64,000 nt of DNA from a virus (IMGVR_UViG_3300031867_004305:117043-181042); one strand, 5' to 3'; shown: positions 38,971 to 48,516, counted from the first letter of the stretch. Notes: a model not told the origin generated them from the letters alone. Made by a program: numbers and translations.

Positions 38971-39087
38971 TAGGCACATGCAGCAACTTACATAGATAAT
39001 CTATGAGTCATCGGTTCGATTCCGATTATGCAATCCAAAGCTTTGCGTATCGCCCAGATGGTAGGGCAATAGAAACAAGGTGCCTAG
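38971..39087 (+). ncRNA. CAGCAA-family RNA 7: permuted tRNA mimic (YrlA-like)
   Basis: TAGGCAC-ATGCAGCAA; ATCGG-TTCGATT-CCGAT; TATGCAA-TCCAAAGCT-TTGCGTA; GCCC-AGATGGTA-GGGC; GTGCCTAG. Confidence 0.75.
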
Positions 39088-39100
39088 ATGAAAGGTTTTT

Positions 39101-39538
39101 ATGAAGATTTATATTTCTTATTTTGCTCAAATTCGCAATTTTCCGCCTAACCTTGTTGGGCTTTCTACTGCCGTTTGGAACCCAAAATGGCTTCAGAAGG
39201 GAAGAAGTCAAAATGGAATTATTTGGTTAGATATTCCGCCTCTAAAACCCGGTAAGAGGTGTAATGGGCTATGTAATGGCAAATGTTCTCCTAAGCATCC
39301 AAATGATTGTAGTTTCTTACGTGAATATAAAAATCAACTAGATAAAATAGATTTCAATATGATAATGGAGCATCTTCAAGTATTAAGTGAGGCTATAAAA
39401 GTTGAAGAACAATTTGATGATGTAGATTTTGCGTTATTAGTCTATGAAAAATATGATAATATTTGTTCTGAACGATGGCCTCTTATTCAATGGTTTAAAG
39501 AGCATAGTGTTATATTAGAAGAATGGGAACTAACATAA
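39101..39538 (+). CDS. DUF488-like protein
   Basis: IYISYFA...PKW...L.P...LLVYEK...CSER; 3' end overlaps tRNA-Gln. Confidence 0.55.
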   Translation: MKIYISYFAQIRNFPPNLVGLSTAVWNPKWLQKGRSQNGIIWLDIPPLKPGKRCNGLCNGKCSPKHPNDCSFLREYKNQLDKIDFNMIMEHLQVLSEAIKVEEQFDDVDFALLVYEKYDNICSERWPLIQWFKEHSVILEEWELT

Positions 39539-39597
39539 TAGTAGTGTATTCGGCTCTGACCCGAAGTGTGATAGTTCAATTCTATCGTTCCCAGCCA
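39524..39597 (+). tRNA. tRNA-Gln(CUG)
   Basis: TTCGG-CTCTGAC-CCGAA; GCCA. Confidence 0.85.
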
Positions 39598-39600
39598 TAT

Positions 39601-39675
39601 GGGTGTGTAACCAAGAGGTAAGGTAACGGACTTTTAATCCGTGATTCGTGGGTTCGATCCCCGCCACACCCACCA
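39601..39675 (+). tRNA. tRNA-Lys(UUU)
   Basis: ACGGA-CTTTTAA-TCCGT; ACCA. Confidence 0.92.
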
Positions 39676-39685
39676 ATTATAATAC

Positions 39686-39775
39686 GCGGTATTAGCGTAG
39701 AGGCCGAACGCGGGAGTTTGCTAAACTCTGTCGATCTTCAGTGATCCGAAGGTTCGAATCCTTCATACCGCGCCA
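39686..39775 (+). tRNA. tRNA-Ser(GCU)
   Basis: GGAGT-TTGCTAA-ACTCT; long variable arm; GCCA. Confidence 0.88.
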
Positions 39776-39777
39776 AA

Positions 39778-39934
39778 TGTGGACAGTAGGCTTGGAAGCA
39801 GCCATCTGATAATGAGTCTTTAATTTCTCCATCTGTGCGAAATGTATTATAGGCTACATTTGTTATAATGTCCTATGAGTATGATGTGCGGATGGGCAAT
39901 AGAAATATGAAGTTTGGCGTAATAGCACACCACA
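39778..39934 (+). ncRNA. 23S rRNA L11-binding-domain (H43/H44) mimic
   Basis: GGCTTGGAAGCAGCCATC and GCGTAATAGCACA closed by TGTGG/CCACA. Confidence 0.7.
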
Positions 39935-40063
39935 TAGCTCATCTGCCATGTGTAGAAGGAGCGGAGAAATCGTTCTGCGATTTCGTTAATAGACTTGCCC
40001 ACGCCTCTGATTCAAGCGTACCTTGGGGAGCACGCGGCCACAGCGGTTAAAGTGGCACTATGC

Positions 40064-40138
40064 GCGGGTGTAGTTCAACGGCTCGAATACCTGGCTTCCA
40101 CCCAGGAGATGAGGTTTCGACTACCTCTACTCGCACCA
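40064..40138 (+). tRNA. tRNA-Gly(UCC)
   Basis: CCTGG-CTTCCAC-CCAGG; ACCA. Confidence 0.88.
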
Positions 40139-40142
40139 ATAT

Positions 40143-40218
40143 AGGCGTGTAGCCAAGTGGTTAAGGCACATGGCTTTGACCCATGCATTCGCTGGTTCAA
40201 ATCCAGCCACGCCTGCCA
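40143..40218 (+). tRNA. tRNA-Gln(UUG)
   Basis: CATGG-CTTTGAC-CCATG; GCCA. Confidence 0.92.
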
Positions 40219-40222
40219 ATTT

Positions 40223-40286
40223 TAGACGCCATTGTGCCACAACAACAGCAATTATTTTGTAGCTCCATTTTTTATAAGGCGTCTAG
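40223..40286 (+). ncRNA. CAGCAA-family stem RNA 8
   Basis: TAGACGCC-(small hairpin)-AACAGCAA ... GGCGTCTAG. Confidence 0.6.
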
Positions 40287-40309
40287 CAAAGTTCAAGGAG
40301 GTATTCGGG

Positions 40310-40618
40310 GTGAACAAAGAAATTTTAGATTTTATGAAGCGTCGTTTTCCAATAGATAAGGATTGCGATTGGATGGAAGGAAATTGTTACTATTTCGCAC
40401 GCATTCTCAAAATGCGTTTTAAGGGAGAAATTTGGTATGACCTTGTAGATGGACATTTTCTTTTCCGTAATTTTGATGATTTTTATGATTGGAGTGGTTT
40501 ACGAAATGAATATGATTTAAGTAAGCCTGAAACTGTAGAAAATCTAGTAAAGTGGTCAGATTATAAGCAAATTGATCCTATACATTATAATAGAATTGTA
40601 CGTGACGTAATTGAATAA
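40310..40618 (+). CDS. Hypothetical protein
   Basis: AAGGAGG RBS + GTG; GNCYYFA.IL motif. Confidence 0.55.
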   Translation: MNKEILDFMKRRFPIDKDCDWMEGNCYYFARILKMRFKGEIWYDLVDGHFLFRNFDDFYDWSGLRNEYDLSKPETVENLVKWSDYKQIDPIHYNRIVRDVIE

Positions 40619-40630
40619 AGGAGAAAAAAT

Positions 40631-40870
40631 ATGAGTAAATTTTTAAAGAATATCAATGATCTAGAAGCATTTAAAGCAGCCGTAAGAAAGTGTACTGGTG
40701 ATGTTTATCTACTAAAGGATGATAAGTCAGAACAGTTTAATTTAAAGAGTACCTTGTCAGAGTATCTTGGTTTAGCGAGACTAGCAGATGCTCATGGCGA
40801 TGAATATGAGATCTTTTGCCAGTTCCCTGCCGATGAAAGTAATCTGTTGAAGTATTTCTTTGAAAGATAA
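40631..40870 (+). CDS. Hypothetical protein
   Basis: F..AV..C.GDVYL....NLKS.LS motif. Confidence 0.55.
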   Translation: MSKFLKNINDLEAFKAAVRKCTGDVYLLKDDKSEQFNLKSTLSEYLGLARLADAHGDEYEIFCQFPADESNLLKYFFER

Positions 40871-40914
40871 TAGAATAGTTTTGGTATTGTAAGAATACCT
40901 AATAGATAGAGGAA

Positions 40915-40940
40915 CGCCCGCATTTGCGGGCGAATTTTTT
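40915..40940 (+). terminator. Intrinsic terminator
   Basis: CGCCCGC-ATTT-GCGGGCG followed by T-run. Confidence 0.75.
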
Positions 40941-40957
40941 GTATATGGGGTGAGAAA

Positions 40958-43030
40958 ATGAGCAAAACTTCTAGAACACCACCAGATTATAGTATATATT
41001 TTAAAGATAATTATCCATTTAATGTTGGTCAAAGATATATTTATTTTTCTTCTTTAGCTAAAACACGTTCTAAAATAGGACAATATACATATAAACAGGC
41101 TTCTGAGCTTATAAATAAAGGAATGGGACAAATTACATATAATCCTAAAAAAGAAAATAAAATGTGGCAAGCTTTACAACGATTACAACAAGCAGCAAAT
41201 ATCGAAAGAGAAAAAGAAATAAGAGTAATAGAAGAATTTTTAAATAGATTTCCAGAAAAGGTACCAGAATCTTTACGCACAATAAAAAAAGATGATTATC
41301 TATCAATAATACAGCAAATTAATTTTTTAATAAAAGGTATTAAACCATTTCAAGAACAACTAAAATTAGAACAAAAAAGAGAAAATGAACAAAGAATTTT
41401 AGAAAATGATCAATTACAAAATAAAGAACAAAAATATCCAAAATTAAAATCATTATTTAAAGGAGAGCTAAGCGGGAAAAAATCACTTAATAATAAAACA
41501 ACAGATCAAATGCTTAATGGTATTTTTGATGAAGATACTAATATAAGTATGTATCAAAAAATTATTATTGAAAAATATGGAGCTAAATTATTTGAATTTA
41601 AGCAAACTTTAATATTAAACGAAGGTCAAATGAATGCTCTATTGCGAATTTTAGGGGTAAAAGCTAATGAATTGTTTATGCGAAAAGTCTCTGATTATTT
41701 TACTTATGGTATTAATAAAAATAAAGAAGAATTTTTAAAACAAATAGAAAATGCAATAACTACCGATACTGAATTAGATGATTTTTTTAATAATTTAATG
41801 AATTCGCCCAATTTAAATGAATCTTTATTATCAATTGCTAAACAATATGGTTTAGATAATACATCAGGACAAATAGAAAACATTGAAAAAAAAATACAAA
41901 TATTTAAAAATCGTTTATTTGAATCATATAAAAAAGAACATAAAAACGCTTCAATAAAAGATTTTGATGAATGGAGAAAAATAATCGGAGCAGATGATGA
42001 CACTATTTCAAAAATGTATACTAGTGTTAATAACGTATCAGCACAAGGGTATTATCAATCAGAAAATATAGCAATAGCAGAATTAATTACCGCTGGCATT
42101 TCAGCAACATTAGGAGGAAATACTAATCCAACAGATGATTTTCTAGCTGGAAAATTATTTTTTGAATTTACGACTAATTCAGATTTTAATAATAAATTAA
42201 TTCAAGCTGAAAAAGAAATTAATCAAAAAAGAATAGAAACTTATAATAAAATATTAACCACCACTAATAAAGAAAGTTATAAAACCAATATAAAAGCTCT
42301 AAAAGATTTAAGGACAGAGCAAGAGCAATATATTAAAACTTTACAAGAAGAAGCGAAACAGGTAGAAAAAAATTTAGAACTTTTTTTAAGCCAAGTAAAT
42401 ATACATGGTACAATTAAAGGATATGAGTCTTCAGGTAAAAGATATAGAGAAGAAATAGGTTTCCAAGGCGCCAGCTTTGGATCAAATATTTTTGAACAAC
42501 TATCAATAATACAAGAAACTATGGGAGATATTATATCAATACAAGATATACAATGGTTACAATTTGCTATGATTAACGCGGCAACACAAGCTATTGGGGC
42601 AAATAATAAAACAAGTTTAGAAGACTATTTTTCTTCAATGATAGGATATTTAATGTTCAACGATGGACAAATGCTAGTAGAGGATGCGGCGAATCAGCGA
42701 GGCTATATCGCAAATGGAAGTAATGATATCCATTTATATATGATTAATTCAATTTATTTACCTAATTCATACATATTACAAAAAACTTATGAAGCCTTAA
42801 CACAAATTGCGGGTGATATCGAATCTAAAAATAACGGCATAAAAGCACGACTATATGTTTATACAGGAGAGCCAATTAATTATACTCGTAATTTAACTTT
42901 AGAAGAATGGGACGCTTCTTATGATGTCGCCTATAATGCCACATATTTAGATATGCATTTTCTTGCCGGCTTTCTTGATATTTTAAATAATATAGCTACT
43001 CAAGTATCTAACGCTCTTAATTTAAATTAA
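40958..43030 (+). CDS. Large AT-rich hypothetical protein
   Basis: 690-aa ORF; no recognised motif. Confidence 0.7.
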   Translation: MSKTSRTPPDYSIYFKDNYPFNVGQRYIYFSSLAKTRSKIGQYTYKQASELINKGMGQITYNPKKENKMWQALQRLQQAANIEREKEIRVIEEFLNRFPEKVPESLRTIKKDDYLSIIQQINFLIKGIKPFQEQLKLEQKRENEQRILENDQLQNKEQKYPKLKSLFKGELSGKKSLNNKTTDQMLNGIFDEDTNISMYQKIIIEKYGAKLFEFKQTLILNEGQMNALLRILGVKANELFMRKVSDYFTYGINKNKEEFLKQIENAITTDTELDDFFNNLMNSPNLNESLLSIAKQYGLDNTSGQIENIEKKIQIFKNRLFESYKKEHKNASIKDFDEWRKIIGADDDTISKMYTSVNNVSAQGYYQSENIAIAELITAGISATLGGNTNPTDDFLAGKLFFEFTTNSDFNNKLIQAEKEINQKRIETYNKILTTTNKESYKTNIKALKDLRTEQEQYIKTLQEEAKQVEKNLELFLSQVNIHGTIKGYESSGKRYREEIGFQGASFGSNIFEQLSIIQETMGDIISIQDIQWLQFAMINAATQAIGANNKTSLEDYFSSMIGYLMFNDGQMLVEDAANQRGYIANGSNDIHLYMINSIYLPNSYILQKTYEALTQIAGDIESKNNGIKARLYVYTGEPINYTRNLTLEEWDASYDVAYNATYLDMHFLAGFLDILNNIATQVSNALNLN

Positions 43031-43120
43031 AGTAAATAATACCTTAAAGTTCTTCTTTCACAACTACATATTTTATGAGAAATGTTCTTCATTTCATCAT
43101 ATTTACGGAGGGGAAGACCA

Positions 43121-43585
43121 ATGGGAAATGCCCAACAAGTGTGGGAGTGGATAGGCCATAACTTATGGCAAATTATAGTTATCGCCTCTGTATTCATACA
43201 AATCGCTCCCATAAAAATAAATCCCTGGACTACTATATTCAAATGGATAGGCAAATCACTCATAGGCGAAACATGCGGAAAAATTGATAGTATAGTTTCT
43301 AAACTTGATTGTCTTGACAATGAAGTAAAGAAAAATGAAATAGATAGAATACGCTGGGAAATTCTTGATTTTTCCAACTCTTGTCAAAAACATAAAAAAC
43401 ATACTAAAGAAGAATTCAAGCATATTATCGAATTGAATGATAAGTATAATGTTTTGCTTGCTATGACTGGCGAGCAAAACGGCGTTTTCCAAGCTGAATA
43501 TAGGTATATTAAAAAAATATATGATAAACTAAATGAATCCGGTGGTTTTTTAATACCGGGAGAAGGAGATGATTCTAATGACTAA
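43121..43585 (+). CDS. Putative lysis-cassette membrane protein
   Basis: N-terminal TM helix; IQIAPIKINPW; IRWEILDF motif. Confidence 0.6.
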   Translation: MGNAQQVWEWIGHNLWQIIVIASVFIQIAPIKINPWTTIFKWIGKSLIGETCGKIDSIVSKLDCLDNEVKKNEIDRIRWEILDFSNSCQKHKKHTKEEFKHIIELNDKYNVLLAMTGEQNGVFQAEYRYIKKIYDKLNESGGFLIPGEGDDSND

Positions 43586-43787
43586 TTTAAAGAAATGGTT
43601 CGCGGCCGCAGGTGTTCGCGCACTAAAGACAGTAGCCCAAACAGCAGTAGCAACTATTAGCACAAGTGCTATTATGTCTGAAGTAAATTGGCCAGTAGTT
43701 GCTTCGGCATCTTTATTAGCTGGTATTCTAAGTCTATTAACTAGCGTTGCTGGTCTACCTGAACTCAAAGTCGAGGAAGAGGCGTAA
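43578..43787 (+). CDS. Holin (r1t-like)
   Basis: AAGVRALKTVAQTA...SLLTSVAGLPE. Confidence 0.85.
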   Translation: MTNLKKWFAAAGVRALKTVAQTAVATISTSAIMSEVNWPVVASASLLAGILSLLTSVAGLPELKVEEEA

Positions 43788-43852
43788 GCCTTTTCCTTGA
43801 CTTTTTTTTATTTTTATAGTATAATAATAAAAAAGAGATAAGGAGAAAAATA

Positions 43853-44365
43853 GTGGAACATAGAAGTCGTGAAAAAATTATTCCTCTTGAAATTTATACT
43901 GATGGCTCATTGAAAAAATTAGGACAGCAATCTACTTTTGGAGGATGGGCTTTTTATGTTTTAAAAGAGGGAAAAGAATTGTATCATAAATCTGGCAATG
44001 TTCCTATGACAACTAACCAACGCATGGAATTGAAAGCTATTTTAGAGGCTCTAAAATATGCTGAAACCGTGCGTGAACGTCAAGAAAAGGTAATTATTTA
44101 TAGCGACTCAGCCTACGCGGTAAATTGTTATGATAAAGAATGGTATATGACATGGCGTACAAATGGCTGGATGAATGCTTCAAAAAAGCCAATAGCAAAT
44201 CAAGATTTGTGGTTAGAAATTATTCCTTTTTTTGATAATTTTTGGTATGAACTACGCAAAGTAGAAGGACATACTGGAGTTTATTGGAATGAAAAATGTG
44301 ATGAACTTGCACAACTTGAAGCCGAAACTCTTAAAATAAAATGGCGAGGTTATAAACATGAATAA
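43853..44365 (+). CDS. rnhA: Ribonuclease HI
   Basis: IYTDGS, TTNQRMEL, SDSAY, NQDLW, GH...NEKCDELA. Confidence 0.9.
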   Translation: MEHRSREKIIPLEIYTDGSLKKLGQQSTFGGWAFYVLKEGKELYHKSGNVPMTTNQRMELKAILEALKYAETVRERQEKVIIYSDSAYAVNCYDKEWYMTWRTNGWMNASKKPIANQDLWLEIIPFFDNFWYELRKVEGHTGVYWNEKCDELAQLEAETLKIKWRGYKHE

Positions 44366-44699
44366 TAGTATCTTTGAAGTAACACGAGATGAATATAAAG
44401 GATTTGTAGATGAAATAAAACAAGAATGCCGCCGTGTTGAAGTAGTACAAATTGATAAAAAGCATACCGCGGCAAAAATATATAGTAAAAAGACTGGAAA
44501 ATGTTTATGTAGTAGAGTAGCATATTCTGCTGAAACAGGTGAACCTGATCCAGAAAAATATTATATTTTTGAAATGCCTGATAATGATGAACGTAAGGCT
44601 CCTACTCCAATTAGAAAAATCGTTTTAGAAACTAAAGAACAAGTCCAAGCATTCTTTGATTTTCTCGCACGAAAAAATAAGGAGACAAAAAATGATTGA
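44358..44699 (+). CDS. Hypothetical protein
   Basis: ORF in operon. Confidence 0.55.
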   Translation: MNNSIFEVTRDEYKGFVDEIKQECRRVEVVQIDKKHTAAKIYSKKTGKCLCSRVAYSAETGEPDPEKYYIFEMPDNDERKAPTPIRKIVLETKEQVQAFFDFLARKNKETKND

Positions 44700-44901
44700 A
44701 TTATTTACTGATATTTCTCCTTTTATAAAACAACAACTAGAACGAGTTGTAAATCTAGCTATAGATTCTATGGAACTAAAAGAATGTGCAGCATTAATTG
44801 CTGACTTTGCTAAGACTCGTCCCGATAGAGAACAAGATTTTATAGATTTTTATTTCAATTTAAGAATGGAGCAAATGAAAAATGAAAACAATTCTAATTA
44901 G
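44692..44901 (+). CDS. Hypothetical protein
   Basis: ORF with RBS. Confidence 0.5.
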   Translation: MIELFTDISPFIKQQLERVVNLAIDSMELKECAALIADFAKTRPDREQDFIDFYFNLRMEQMKNENNSN

Positions 44902-45415
44902 TGGAAAAGCTGGTCATGGAAAAGATACAGTAGCACAACTAATGAAAGAGGAACTTGAAAAGCAAGGAGAAAAAGTTCTAATTATCAAATTTGGAGACCC
45001 TGTGAAATGGTTCGCACGCGAATATTATAATTGGAATGGAGAAAAGGATGAAGCTGGACGAAGTCTTCTGCAATATATCGGCACTGAAATGATGCGAACT
45101 TATGATAACCATTATTGGGGTAATATTGTAGCTAAATTCATCGCGGCAAATCATGATTTTACTGTAGCTTTAATTCCTGATTGGCGTTTCAATTCAGAAG
45201 AATATTGTATTAATATGGAAATAGGAAACTATTACACATTAAGAGTAGAGAGACCTGGATATAGAAATCCTAATATGACAGAACAACAATTAAAGCATGT
45301 AAGCGAAACTGAATTAGATCATAAATCTTTTGATTATATCATTTATAACAGTAGTGATTTAGAGAATTTGCGTGAAAATGTAAAGCTAGCACTTGATTAT
45401 TTTAAAAATATGTGA
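44882..45415 (+). CDS. Deoxynucleoside monophosphate kinase-like P-loop protein
   Basis: ISGKAGHGKDT; R.LLQ.IGTE; DWRF; H.SETELD. Confidence 0.8.
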   Translation: MKTILISGKAGHGKDTVAQLMKEELEKQGEKVLIIKFGDPVKWFAREYYNWNGEKDEAGRSLLQYIGTEMMRTYDNHYWGNIVAKFIAANHDFTVALIPDWRFNSEEYCINMEIGNYYTLRVERPGYRNPNMTEQQLKHVSETELDHKSFDYIIYNSSDLENLRENVKLALDYFKNM

Positions 45416-45442
45416 TATAATTTAAAAAAGGAGAAAAATACA

Positions 45443-46567
45443 ATGGATTATTTTACTAGTGAACCTATGCGTTATTGGGCTCCTGCGAGTTCTATGACAC
45501 CAGAAATTAAACGCCAGCACTTAGAAGAGATGATTGCGAGCGGTCAATATATTTGGAGCCGTAAGTACGATGGAAACTGGTCTCGTGCTGTTATTACTCC
45601 TGAACGTAATGCTTTACAAACACGTGGCATTAGTAAGAAAACCGGGACTTATGGCGAGATTCAAAATAAAGTTTTCTTTTGGAATGATGTTGTAAAAGCT
45701 TTTTCTGACACTACTGTAATTCTTGGTGAAGTTTACCTACCCGGCGGCATAGATAAAGACGTTGGTTCTATCTTGCGATGCCTTGACCCAAAAGCACTCG
45801 CACGACAAAAAGACAAAAAGTTAGAATGGCGTATTTTTGATATTCTTGCTCTCAATGGCAAAGACATGATGAATTGCGGTGTTGAAGAACGTGTAAAACT
45901 TATTCCAGAAGTTGTGAAAATGATAAATAGTCCATTAGTTACTGGAATTGATTATCACTACATGGATGAAGATTTTTTTGATGATTTAAATAATATTTTT
46001 ATGGACGGCGGCGAAGGTGCCGTATGTTATAAGCGTTCTTCCATTTATATTCCAGGAAAGCGTGGCCCTTCTGCTTGGGAAACTTGTAAAGTAAAGCAAG
46101 AGATTTCCGCAGATGTTGATTGTTTTATTACAGGCATTGAACCAGCTGTACGAGATTACACTGGCAAAGATATTGGTTCTTGGAATCTGTGGGAAGATGA
46201 ACGCAGTGGTGAAAAACTAAGTGGCGAACTATATGGCGAATACCGCAATGGACGAGCCATTCGTCCAGTATCAAAAGGGTATTTTTATGGATGGCCCGGT
46301 GCAATTTATACTAGCGTATATGATGATAATGGCAACATCATTCCACTATGTAAAGTTGCTGGTCTCACAGAAGATTTCAAAACTGAACTTCGTGATAATT
46401 TTGACGAATGGTATATGTGCCCGCTAACTATTGGGGGTATGATGGTTTCAACAGCCCAAGCGGAAAGTGATGGAACTGGCATCTCGATTCGCCACCCTTA
46501 TATAAAGAGTATTAGAAAGAATGATATCGACCCAAAAGATTGTACTCTATCAAAAATTCTTTCTTAA
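45443..46567 (+). CDS. ATP-dependent DNA ligase
   Basis: KYDG, LGEVY, IFDIL, EGAV, CKVK motifs; OB-fold ending IRHP. Confidence 0.82.
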   Translation: MDYFTSEPMRYWAPASSMTPEIKRQHLEEMIASGQYIWSRKYDGNWSRAVITPERNALQTRGISKKTGTYGEIQNKVFFWNDVVKAFSDTTVILGEVYLPGGIDKDVGSILRCLDPKALARQKDKKLEWRIFDILALNGKDMMNCGVEERVKLIPEVVKMINSPLVTGIDYHYMDEDFFDDLNNIFMDGGEGAVCYKRSSIYIPGKRGPSAWETCKVKQEISADVDCFITGIEPAVRDYTGKDIGSWNLWEDERSGEKLSGELYGEYRNGRAIRPVSKGYFYGWPGAIYTSVYDDNGNIIPLCKVAGLTEDFKTELRDNFDEWYMCPLTIGGMMVSTAQAESDGTGISIRHPYIKSIRKNDIDPKDCTLSKILS

Positions 46568-46616
46568 TATATAAATAAAATAAATCTAAGCTACTCAAAG
46601 TGGCGAGGAGGAACTA

Positions 46617-47219
46617 ATGAACGACCTTGAATTTTTAGGGTTTGCTAATGATGTTAGCACTCTTGATCCTGTAATGTATCAGTACTTTAATCAACTTTTA
46701 AATAAAAGAACTATTGTTCTTAATTCTGAAATTGATGAAAGTATTTTAGAAACAGTTGTACTTCCATTAAAAGATTTTGAGCAAGATGGTGATAATACTC
46801 CTATACGACTGATTCTAAACACTCCAGGAGGCTCTGTTGCTGATGGATTAATGCTTTGTAATATTATTGATAATTATAAAAAGCCTTTAGAAATTATCGT
46901 GCCTTCTTATTCTTGTAGTATGGGAACAATTATTTTATGCTCAGGTAACAAAAATCCTAATATAACAAAAAAATGTTATCCTTTTTCTTTTGCTTTATTT
47001 CATTCTGGTCAAACCTATGTTGGTGGAGAATCTACTTCAGTAGATGATGTTATTGATTTTAACCGTAGTGTAGATAATAAAATTAAGGAATATGTAATCA
47101 ATAATACAAATATTTCTGAAGAACTTTATACCCAGCATCATCGTAAGCAATGGTATATTTCCGCTGAAGAAATGTTGGAATATGGTTTAGTAAATGAAAT
47201 AATCGGAAGTGAGAATTGA
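46617..47219 (+). CDS. clpP: ClpP-like protease
   Basis: LNTPGGSV; CSMG; His; W.ISAEE.LEYGLV. Confidence 0.8.
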   Translation: MNDLEFLGFANDVSTLDPVMYQYFNQLLNKRTIVLNSEIDESILETVVLPLKDFEQDGDNTPIRLILNTPGGSVADGLMLCNIIDNYKKPLEIIVPSYSCSMGTIILCSGNKNPNITKKCYPFSFALFHSGQTYVGGESTSVDDVIDFNRSVDNKIKEYVINNTNISEELYTQHHRKQWYISAEEMLEYGLVNEIIGSEN

Positions 47220-48439
47220 TGCTTTATTTTGCTGATACTTCTGCACTTTTAAATGGATGTGCAAAGGAGTATGAAAAAATTTGGATTAGTCCTCTTGTAG
47301 TTAGTGAACTAGAAAATATAAAAACTAGTTTAACAAAAGATGAACATATTAAATATCTCGCACGTCAACTCGTCCGAGATATTCTTTTTAACGTCAAGTA
47401 CGAGAATTTCAAACCTTCTCAAAGAAAAATAGACTCTTTTATCAAGCATCATCCGACATTAAGCAATATAAACGACCATCGTATACTTGCGGCCGCATAT
47501 CTTTTACAGGTACAAACCGGAGAAAACGTTACTTTTCTAACCAGTGATGGCTCTTTATATTTGTTAGCCTGGGGCGTTGGAATAGAAACAGTATATTACC
47601 AGCCAAAAGAAGAAAAGAAAGAAGAATACTGTGGCTGGAATAAATTTGTTCCAAATGAAGAACAGTTAATTTCTTTATATACAGACCCAACAATAAATAT
47701 TTTAAACGCAAATATAAACGAATATTGCGAAATCTTTGAAAATGATGAATTAAAAGATGTACTTCGTTGGACAGGAGAAAAATATACTTCTCTAAAATAT
47801 AACAGTTTCAAAAATAATTTTTTGAATAAAAAAATACAACCTTATAATTTAGAACAAAAAATGGCTTTTGATTTATTACAAAATTCTGATATAGCGGTTA
47901 AAATACTAGTTGGCCCGCCAGGCACTGGCAAAGATTATTTAATGTTACTACATGCTCTTGATTTAATACAAAAAGGAGTAATGGATAAAATTATCTTTGT
48001 AAGAAATCTAGTGCCTTTCAAAGATGCTCCTGAAATAGGATTTTTAGCTGGTGATTTACAACAAAAAATCTCTTGGGGTCTAGGTCCAATTAGTAGTATT
48101 TTAGGAGAAGAAGGACTTGCTGAATATGAAGAACAAGGACTTATTGAAGCGGTAAATCTAGGCTTTATTCGCGGATGTTCCTGGGATAAAACTATTATCT
48201 ATGTTTCAGAAGGTCAAAATATTACTGGCGGCGGTTATAAATTATTAGTAAGTAGATGCGGCCAAGGCAGTCAGTTATGGGTAAATGGTGATATTTTACA
48301 AACTGATAATAAAGAGTTTGAAAAAAATAACGGCCTATTTAGACTTTGTAATTCATTAAAGGATAATAAATTAGCTGGTATGGTTAAATTATTGAAAACT
48401 GAACGCAGCGAAGTGGCTGATTTAGCAAAAATTATATAA
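47219..48439 (+). CDS. phoH: PIN-domain PhoH-family protein
   Basis: DTSALL...ELE...NDHRIL...TSD PIN domain; GPPGTGKD; FIRG; GDILQTD. Confidence 0.82.
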   Translation: MLYFADTSALLNGCAKEYEKIWISPLVVSELENIKTSLTKDEHIKYLARQLVRDILFNVKYENFKPSQRKIDSFIKHHPTLSNINDHRILAAAYLLQVQTGENVTFLTSDGSLYLLAWGVGIETVYYQPKEEKKEEYCGWNKFVPNEEQLISLYTDPTINILNANINEYCEIFENDELKDVLRWTGEKYTSLKYNSFKNNFLNKKIQPYNLEQKMAFDLLQNSDIAVKILVGPPGTGKDYLMLLHALDLIQKGVMDKIIFVRNLVPFKDAPEIGFLAGDLQQKISWGLGPISSILGEEGLAEYEEQGLIEAVNLGFIRGCSWDKTIIYVSEGQNITGGGYKLLVSRCGQGSQLWVNGDILQTDNKEFEKNNGLFRLCNSLKDNKLAGMVKLLKTERSEVADLAKII

Positions 48440-48516
48440 GAGGGAAATTTTTCCCTCTTTTATTTTTTGACTTTTTTCAAATTTTGTGATATAATAAAAG
48501 AAAAAAGGAGATAAAA

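Noticed and set aside
39778-39934. True rRNA gene or host contamination
   Set aside because: Only one short domain with a large insertion, flanked by phage tRNAs
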